From the IMG/VR virus record IMGVR_UViG_3300020182_000010, positions 91,153-155,152 of that record: a DNA stretch of 64,000 nucleotides, one strand, 5' to 3'. The notes under the pieces are model-generated. The model was not told where the DNA came from and made no database searches. It saw only the letters and a program-made list of their open reading frames with translations. Shown piece by piece: positions 56,813 through 64,000 of the stretch. Both the position numbers and the translations under genes were made by a program. The number at the start of each line of letters is the position of its first letter. Positions within the stretch are counted from its first letter, which is position 1. The DNA is from a virus.

Positions 56813-57160
56813 TTAGTCATTACCGCCACGTGCTCTAACTTCAGCCATAGATGATCTTCGTCTAGCAGTCCATGATATTTTTTGTGAATCTTCTACTTGT
56901 GTTATTATTTCACCGAAATCATGATCTTCTATCACCTGGGGGTCTGTTATAGATCCCATTGATGTTGTTTTTGAAACTGCAGATCCTTTATCAGATCCTT
57001 TTCTGTGTCCAGCTCCTGCAGTTGAAGGGGGGATAACATCATCAGTTATATATCCTCGGTCTAAGTAATCAGTCAAATCAACTGATTTCTTAACTTGAAT
57101 ATTTTTAAGTTTATTAGTGCTAATCCCGCCTGGGATTTTTACACCTCTAAAATTTGCCAT
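56813..57160 (-). CDS. Hypothetical structural-type protein
   Basis: AGGAGA RBS; D.G.IT repeats. Confidence 0.6.
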   Translation of the reverse strand: MANFRGVKIPGGISTNKLKNIQVKKSVDLTDYLDRGYITDDVIPPSTAGAGHRKGSDKGSAVSKTTSMGSITDPQVIEDHDFGEIITQVEDSQKISWTARRRSSMAEVRARGGND

Positions 57161-57188
57161 TCTATATCTCCTAATTTTATTATTCAAT

Positions 57189-57215
57189 TATAGGGCTGCA
57201 ATTTGCAGCCCTATA
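57189..57215 (-). terminator. Hairpin/terminator after the giant gene
   Basis: TATAGGGCTGCAA-T-TTGCAGCCCTATA. Confidence 0.7.
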
Positions 57216-57225
57216 TAATTTCTAC

Positions 57226-60200
57226 TTAGTCACTAGTATATTGATAGAATATAGTTCCTATTCTAACATACATTTTTGATCCATCTGATGATAATCTAGC
57301 ATTAGTTGAATATGGAACTCTCTTTGTTATACCTGCATATGAAATCGTAGTTATATCATATGCAGTTGTCATTGGAAGTTCATACATAGAATTACCCTCT
57401 GTGCCAAATGCATATAGTGCCGATCCATCTGAACTAAACTGAAGTGATTTAATTGAAGTATCAAGATCACCCAACCAATATGTATTACTAGTTCTATATT
57501 CAGTTGAAATATCAAATGGTGTAGCCAACACTCTTTCAACTATATATTCACCACTTGTATGTAACATAATCTTACCATCATATGACATTGTAAAATCTGT
57601 TATGGAACTGTTGGGTCTCATGAATCTCTTATATGTTCCAGATGTAGCAGTAATCGTACTAATATCAAATGGAGTACCAAAATCAAACTGATACATAGAG
57701 CAAGGATTCAAGTGATCTATTACATAAAACTTTGTCCCAGTAGAATTAATATGCATTCCTCTTATCTGGTCAGTAACAGCATTATAAACGCCTACATCAT
57801 CTCGTAAGTATGTTGTGTGTGTTAAGGATGCTGTACTTATATCATATGGAGTGGACAAAGTATGTTGTGTTACATATCCACCGTTTGAAGTATACATGTT
57901 AGTGCCATCATCACTGAAAATAAAGTTATCAGTATTACTAGATGGTTCATAACTTATACCAGTATCATACGTTAATCCTTGCAAGTCTGCTGCCCAGGTT
58001 ATCGAACTACCGGTTGCAGTCACAGGAGTGTAAGCACTTCCATCAATGCTATATACCTGGTAATTGTTACCAGTAGATGCGGTCAAAAGACTTCCATTAG
58101 CAGCAATGTGAATGGTACCAGTATTTCTAAAGAAATGTGAATTGCTGGGAGTTGTACTAATAGTATTGATATCCCAAGCGGTTGTCAATGCATACTCACG
58201 TAAAGTATCATCCTCTTGCGTATATGTATATACTTTTGCTCCATTTGAACTCATTTGGAAAGAAATTGGCGTGTATTGTCCTTCAAACACATGGGAAGTA
58301 CCTGTCCAATATGCAGTTGTAATATCCCATGGAGTTGCGCATATATATTGCTTTACAATTTGACCAGTTTCATAATATAAATTAAATCCTATACCATCTG
58401 GATTAAACTCAATACTTCTAAGTTGTGTAATTGAATTTACTGAAGAATTTACTGCTGTATATACTGCAGTACTAATATCAAATGGTGTTCCCAATATATA
58501 ATGATAGAGTTTATTATCATAATCGCCAATATACATATTTACACCATCTGATGACATCCACATACATTCAACATAATCAGTTAGATTATTGAAGGTTCCT
58601 GTGCTATACGAATTGCTCTTACTAGTTACATCATATGCAACACCCAAGTTATACTGGTGTATTACTTTAGTATTTCCATTACTCTGATATAATTTAGATC
58701 CATCATTCGAAATAAACAAAATGTGATCATATGTGCCTATACTAGTATGATTTTTATGTTGGTCTATTATATAATTAAAATCAAAGTTCCAATCTGACAT
58801 ATACCCAGATGGTGTGGTAACTGTAGGATACACTGCATCGGCAGTGCCATCAATTTTGTAAGTAACAATTGTGTTAGAAGTTATCCGTCCAGAAACTGAG
58901 TTTCCATCATCACTAATCCACATCCCATATCCTGTATTACGTTGTTCAGATTTTACACCATTATATACGGCAGTTGATAAATCAAAAGGAGTTGATAAAT
59001 CCAATTGATATGTTCTATCACCTCCAAGACCATAAACAAATATTTTTGTTCCATCATTTGATATATCAAGGTATGTTGGGGTGCTGTCCAATGTTCCTAC
59101 ATTAAATGTTACACCATTCCAATATATATTTTCTAGACTACCTGGGGTCGTCATAACATATTCGTATATAATATTAGTGTCATACATTATATACATTTTT
59201 GTAGAATCATATGAAAAAGCAAAATCATCAACATAATTATATATACCGTCATAATAGCCACTGATCTTTCTAATACTCGTTAAAGATGCTGGATCAAATG
59301 GAGTAGATAAGTCATATTCTTGAAGTTCGTGTCTAAAACTACCATAAGATGGTTGATATCCCCATCTGACATACATTTTAGTACCATCCGAATTTAATTT
59401 TGCTCTTTCTATAGCAGTGCCGCGATAATGACCTGTTGTTCCAGTTGTAGTGCTTGTAACAGTTGCGATATCATATGGGGTTGACATATTATGTGCTGTA
59501 ATACTAGCACCATTAGTAGTAATAAATTTATTACCATTATCTACAAATCCATTGTAACCACCGTTCATTGTTGTTGATGAATATGTCTTACTTGTGGTTG
59601 CAAATGGTACCGTGATATCACCTGCCCATGCTGGGCCAGCTACTGGAGTCAATACTACTGGTAGATCACCATTCATACTATAAAGAGTGAGTCGTTGTTC
59701 ATTGGTTGGTTGTACAACAACTCTGCTGCCATCATCTGATATCGCAGTAGCCGCTGCACCTGGGAAACTTGTAGATTTTACATCATTATATGAAATGGTT
59801 GATAAATCAAAGGGAGTTGATAAATCCAATTGGTATGTTACATCATCACCTCTGCCATATATACGCATTTTTGTTCCATCATTTGATATATTCATTCTAG
59901 TAACTGTGCTGTCCAATGTTCCTACATTAAATGTTACACCAGTCCAATATATATTTTCTAGACTACCTGGTACTACCATAACATATTCGTATATAATATT
60001 AGTTTCATACATTATATACATTTTTGTAGAATCATATGAAAAAGCAAAATCATCAATATAATCATATATACCTTGATAATAGCTATTGATCTTTCTAACA
60101 CTTGTCAACGATGCTGGATCAAATGGAGTAGATAAGTCATATTCTTGAAGTTCATGTCTAAAACTACCATAAGATGGTTGATATCCCCATCTGACATACA

Positions 60201-63200
60201 TTTTAGTACCATCCGAATTTAATTTTGCTATTTCTAGTTCTGTCCCGCGATAATGACCTGTTGTTCCAGTTGTACTACCTGTTATCGTTGTGATATCATA
60301 TGGGGTTGACATATTATGTGCTGTAATACTAGCACCACTAATAGTAATAAGTTTATTACCGCCATCCACAAAGCCTTGCAATCCATTATATGCATTCATT
60401 GAAATTTCCCATGTCTTTTTCAATGCAATTGGTGATGCTGTAATATCACCATTAAAGTTTGATGCTGGGCCAGCTACTGGAGTCAATACTACTGGTAGAT
60501 CGCCATTCATACTATAAAGAGTGAGTCGTTGTTCATTGTCTGGTTGTACAACAACTCTACTACCATCATCTGATATCGCAGTGGCAGTCGCATCTGGGAA
60601 ACTTGTAGATTTTACATCATTATATGAAATGGTTGATAAATCAAAAGGTGTTGCGAAATCCAATTGATATGTTACATCATCACCTCTGCCATATATACGC
60701 ATTTTTGTTCCATCATTTGATATATTCATTCTAGTAACTGTGCTGTCCAATGTTCCTACATTAAATGTTACACCAGTCCAATATATATTTTCTAGACTAC
60801 CTGGTACTACCATAACATATTCGTATATAATATTAGTTTCATACATTATATACATTTTTGTAGAATCATATGAAAAAGCAAAATCATCAATATAATCATA
60901 TATACCTTGATAATAGCTATTGATCTTTCTAACACTTGTCAACGATGCTGGATCAAATGGAGTAGATAAGTCATATTCTTGAAGTTCATGTCTAAAACTA
61001 CCATAAGATGGTTGATATCCCCATCTGACATACATTTTAGTACCATCCGAATTTAATTTTGCTATTTCTAGTTCTGTCCCGCGATAATGACCTGTTGTTC
61101 CAGTTGTACTACCTGTTATCGTTGTGATATCATATGGGGTTGACATATTATGTGCTGTAATACTAGCACCACTAATAGTAATAAGTTTATTACCGCTATC
61201 TACATAACTTTGCAATCCATTATATGCATTCATTGAAATTTCCCATGTCTTTTTCAATGCAATTGGCGATGCTGTAATATCACCATTAAAGTTTGATGCA
61301 CCAGCTGCTGGAGTCAATACTACTGGTAGATCACCATTCATACTATAAAGAGTGAGTCGTTGTTCATTGTCTGATTGTACAACAACTCTGCTGCCATCGT
61401 CTGATATTACAGTGACAGTCGCATCTGGGAAACTTGTAGATTTTACATTATTGTATGAAATGGTTGATAAATCAAAAGGAGTTGATAAATCCAATTGATA
61501 TGTTACATCATCACCTCTGCCATATATACGCATTTTTGTTCCATCATTTGATATATTCATTCTAGTAACTGTGCTGTCCAATGTTCCTACATTAAATGTT
61601 ACACCAGTCCAATATATATTTTCTAGACTACCTGGTACTACCATAACATATTCGTATATAATATTAGTTTCATACATTATATACATTTTTGTAGAATCAT
61701 ATGAAAAAGCAAAATCATCAATATAATCATATATACCTTGATAATAGCTATTGATCTTTCTAACACTTGTCAACGATGCTGGATCAAATGGAGTAGATAA
61801 GTCATATTCTTGAAGTTCATGTCTAAAACTACCATAAGATGGTTGATATCCCCATCTGACATACATTTTAGTACCATCCGAATTTAATTTTGCTATTTCT
61901 AGTTCTGTCCCGCGATAATGACCTGTTGTTCCAGTTGTACTACCTGTTATCGTTGTGATATCATATGGGGTTGACATATTATGTGCTGTAATACTAGCAC
62001 CACTAATAGTAATAAGTTTATTACCGCTATCTACATAACTTTGCAATCCATTATATGCATTCATTGAAATTTCCCATGTCTTTTTCAATGCAATTGGTGA
62101 TGCTGTAATATCACCATTAAAGTTTGATGCACCAGCTACTGGAGTCAATACTACTGGTAGATCGCCATTCATACTATAAAGAGTGAGTCGTTGTTCATTG
62201 TCTGGTTGTACAACAACTCTACTACCATCATCTGATATTGCAGTAGCCGTTGCACCTGGGAAACTTGTAGATTTTACACCATTATATACGGCAGTTGATA
62301 AATCATAAGGAGTTGATAAATCCAATTGATATGTTACATCATCACCTCTACCGTATACAAACATTTTTGTTCCATCATTTGATATATCAAGATGTGTTGG
62401 TGTGCTGTCCAATGTTCCTGCATTAAATGTTCCACCAGTCAAATATTTTCCACTAATAGAAAATGGTGTATTAAGACGATATTGATATATAATATTAGTG
62501 TTACTTAATATATATAATGAAGTTCCATCATATGATAAATCAAAATCATGCAAATATGATCCAGCCCAACCGCTAGTGATCTTTGCAACACTTGTTAGAG
62601 ATGCTGGATCAAATGGAGTAGATAAGTTATATTCTTGAAGTTCATGTCTAAAACTACCATAAGATGGTTGATATCCCCATCTGAGATACATTTTGGTACC
62701 ATCCGAATTTAATTTTGCTCTGCCTATGGGTGCGCTGCGTTGATGACTTGCTGATCCAGATGTAGTACCTGTTATCGTTGTGATATCATATGGGGTTGAC
62801 ATATTATGTGCTGTAATAGTAGTACCACTAGTAGTAATAAGTTTATTACCGCCATTCACAAAGCCTTGCAATCCATTATATCCATCCATTGGAATTTCCC
62901 ATGTCTTTTTTAATGCAATTGGCGATACTGTAATATCAATCGAAGATGTTGCCGAAGGAACAACACCCGTACTATATTGATGTAACTCACCATTTGAGCC
63001 AGCAATATACATTTTAGAACCATCTGTACTGAAAATTACGTCAGCTGGACTACCTTCCTCATTGCTCACACCAAAGCTAACATTGTCGTATGTCGCAGTA
63101 CTTATATCAAAAGCACTGGTCAAGCTGAATTGCTGAACCGTGTCCAGGTTGTTACCAACCATATACATCTTAGTTCCGTCAGGGTTAAACTCTATACTAA

Positions 63201-64000
63201 AAGGAGATTGTTCAATAGAATCGACATTAATGGAAATACTATTGTATGACGCTGTGCTTACATCAAAACCGGTGGATAGTGTGTATTGAAATATATCTTT
63301 AGTGCCAAACCCAACAACATACATCTTAGTACCATCAATGTTGAAAGTTATGTCACTAGCAAGACTAGCCTGACTAGATATACCAAAGAAGACATTACTG
63401 TATGCAATTGTGCTTAAATCATAAGCAGTAGACAAACCATATTGATATACTTTGCCGTCACTGAACCCAACAATATACAACTTAGTGCCATCATCATTGA
63501 AATCAAATCCATAAGTAGAAGATTCTTGTGCAGATGAATCAAAGCTAACATTATTGTATGTGGATGTACTTAGATCGAAGGCAGTGGAAAGATCATACTC
63601 GTATATAACACCTGAAGAGTCCAGCATATACATCTTAGTGCCATTATCGTTGAATTTCATACCAGTAGGATAGTTGCTCTGGGAAACTACACTAAGAGTA
63701 ATATTGTCATATGACACCAGAGACATATCAGCAGTCCAACCTGCTGTTGCGGTAGGTGCCGTGTGACCCATATCCGGTACATCATTGGCATCAAAATAAT
63801 ATGTACGATACGTATCATCATTTCCTCTGAATACTATGTTATCTCCCGCTTGTGAAACGAATGCTTTTGTATGTGTTTCGTTTAAATTATCAATTCCATA
63901 GTCATTATTATATGTCGTAGTAGATATATCATTTGGAGTTCCCATAATATACTGATGAAGTTCTTCTATACCTAAACTATTTTCTCCATATACGTTAAAT
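57226..64000 (-). CDS. Giant multi-beta-propeller virion/fibre protein, 5'-truncated by window (>2250 aa)
   Basis: Repeated F(N/S)xDGTKMY...QYxLSTPFD(L/I)ST blades; the frame stays open from 63945 to the window end (FNVYGENSLGIEELHQYI). Confidence 0.85.
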   Translation of the reverse strand, partial: FNVYGENSLGIEELHQYIMGTPNDISTTTYNNDYGIDNLNETHTKAFVSQAGDNIVFRGNDDTYRTYYFDANDVPDMGHTAPTATAGWTADMSLVSYDNITLSVVSQSNYPTGMKFNDNGTKMYMLDSSGVIYEYDLSTAFDLSTSTYNNVSFDSSAQESSTYGFDFNDDGTKLYIVGFSDGKVYQYGLSTAYDLSTIAYSNVFFGISSQASLASDITFNIDGTKMYVVGFGTKDIFQYTLSTGFDVSTASYNSISINVDSIEQSPFSIEFNPDGTKMYMVGNNLDTVQQFSLTSAFDISTATYDNVSFGVSNEEGSPADVIFSTDGSKMYIAGSNGELHQYSTGVVPSATSSIDITVSPIALKKTWEIPMDGYNGLQGFVNGGNKLITTSGTTITAHNMSTPYDITTITGTTSGSASHQRSAPIGRAKLNSDGTKMYLRWGYQPSYGSFRHELQEYNLSTPFDPASLTSVAKITSGWAGSYLHDFDLSYDGTSLYILSNTNIIYQYRLNTPFSISGKYLTGGTFNAGTLDSTPTHLDISNDGTKMFVYGRGDDVTYQLDLSTPYDLSTAVYNGVKSTSFPGATATAISDDGSRVVVQPDNEQRLTLYSMNGDLPVVLTPVAGASNFNGDITASPIALKKTWEISMNAYNGLQSYVDSGNKLITISGASITAHNMSTPYDITTITGSTTGTTGHYRGTELEIAKLNSDGTKMYVRWGYQPSYGSFRHELQEYDLSTPFDPASLTSVRKINSYYQGIYDYIDDFAFSYDSTKMYIMYETNIIYEYVMVVPGSLENIYWTGVTFNVGTLDSTVTRMNISNDGTKMRIYGRGDDVTYQLDLSTPFDLSTISYNNVKSTSFPDATVTVISDDGSRVVVQSDNEQRLTLYSMNGDLPVVLTPAAGASNFNGDITASPIALKKTWEISMNAYNGLQSYVDSGNKLITISGASITAHNMSTPYDITTITGSTTGTTGHYRGTELEIAKLNSDGTKMYVRWGYQPSYGSFRHELQEYDLSTPFDPASLTSVRKINSYYQGIYDYIDDFAFSYDSTKMYIMYETNIIYEYVMVVPGSLENIYWTGVTFNVGTLDSTVTRMNISNDGTKMRIYGRGDDVTYQLDFATPFDLSTISYNDVKSTSFPDATATAISDDGSRVVVQPDNEQRLTLYSMNGDLPVVLTPVAGPASNFNGDITASPIALKKTWEISMNAYNGLQGFVDGGNKLITISGASITAHNMSTPYDITTITGSTTGTTGHYRGTELEIAKLNSDGTKMYVRWGYQPSYGSFRHELQEYDLSTPFDPASLTSVRKINSYYQGIYDYIDDFAFSYDSTKMYIMYETNIIYEYVMVVPGSLENIYWTGVTFNVGTLDSTVTRMNISNDGTKMRIYGRGDDVTYQLDLSTPFDLSTISYNDVKSTSFPGAAATAISDDGSRVVVQPTNEQRLTLYSMNGDLPVVLTPVAGPAWAGDITVPFATTSKTYSSTTMNGGYNGFVDNGNKFITTNGASITAHNMSTPYDIATVTSTTTGTTGHYRGTAIERAKLNSDGTKMYVRWGYQPSYGSFRHELQEYDLSTPFDPASLTSIRKISGYYDGIYNYVDDFAFSYDSTKMYIMYDTNIIYEYVMTTPGSLENIYWNGVTFNVGTLDSTPTYLDISNDGTKIFVYGLGGDRTYQLDLSTPFDLSTAVYNGVKSEQRNTGYGMWISDDGNSVSGRITSNTIVTYKIDGTADAVYPTVTTPSGYMSDWNFDFNYIIDQHKNHTSIGTYDHILFISNDGSKLYQSNGNTKVIHQYNLGVAYDVTSKSNSYSTGTFNNLTDYVECMWMSSDGVNMYIGDYDNKLYHYILGTPFDISTAVYTAVNSSVNSITQLRSIEFNPDGIGFNLYYETGQIVKQYICATPWDITTAYWTGTSHVFEGQYTPISFQMSSNGAKVYTYTQEDDTLREYALTTAWDINTISTTPSNSHFFRNTGTIHIAANGSLLTASTGNNYQVYSIDGSAYTPVTATGSSITWAADLQGLTYDTGISYEPSSNTDNFIFSDDGTNMYTSNGGYVTQHTLSTPYDISTASLTHTTYLRDDVGVYNAVTDQIRGMHINSTGTKFYVIDHLNPCSMYQFDFGTPFDISTITATSGTYKRFMRPNSSITDFTMSYDGKIMLHTSGEYIVERVLATPFDISTEYRTSNTYWLGDLDTSIKSLQFSSDGSALYAFGTEGNSMYELPMTTAYDITTISYAGITKRVPYSTNARLSSDGSKMYVRIGTIFYQYTSD
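58830..62940 (-). repeat. Intragenic tandem repeat, ~831-834-bp unit; 3 near-identical plus 2 diverged copies
   Basis: GGAGTCAATACTACTGGTAG recurs at 59645, 60479, 61310 and 62141; outer boundaries approximate. Confidence 0.92.

Noticed and set aside
1542-62980. Most + strand and nested ORFs in the track
   Set aside because: They are antisense or alternative-frame shadows of well-supported minus-strand genes, without recognisable motifs; only 10512-11243 and 37566-37952 are accepted on the + strand.
63943-63945. ATG at 63945 as the start of the giant gene
   Set aside because: The frame is open to the window edge and this Met lies within a propeller blade repeat.
56113-64000. Diversity-generating retroelement (Mtd-N domains plus near-identical repeats)
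   Set aside because: There is no reverse transcriptase in the window, and the repeats are in-frame whole-domain duplications rather than a TR/VR pair.

Overview
This is a 64-kb segment of a large, AT-rich, T4-like (myovirus, probably jumbo) phage genome, with almost all genes on the minus strand. Core genes recognised: gp41-like helicase, gp61-like primase, uvsW, uvsX, uvsY, gp32 SSB, nrdA/nrdB, gp17 terminase, PAAR spike and Mtd-N fibre proteins. Several independent signals point to a marine Alphaproteobacterium (Rhodobacterales-like) host: a circularly permuted two-piece tmRNA (tag ANNNYAPEMALAA), a stand-alone corrinoid protein, DUF1127- and DUF6356-type proteins, and a porin. The most notable observations are as follows. 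(1) Eleven sigma70-type promoters carry a positionally fixed GANTC site, mostly as YGATTCG, in the -35/-10 spacer; this matches the CcrM/GcrA motif. (2) A second GANTC-free promoter class places the -10 box exactly 6 nt before the ATG of four DNA-metabolism genes, implying leaderless mRNAs. (3) A late tailoring-enzyme operon (radical SAM, GNAT-like, two TauD, 2OG oxygenase, SGNH-like, sulfotransferase-like) includes one TauD with the HxA signature of Fe/2OG halogenases. (4) There is a 198-aa mini-DnaE, a nucleotidyltransferase/KxDG fusion, and a methyltransferase with a candidate endonuclease partner. (5) A giant beta-propeller protein contains near-identical 831-834-bp tandem repeats. All family calls are from motif recognition only; no database searches were run.
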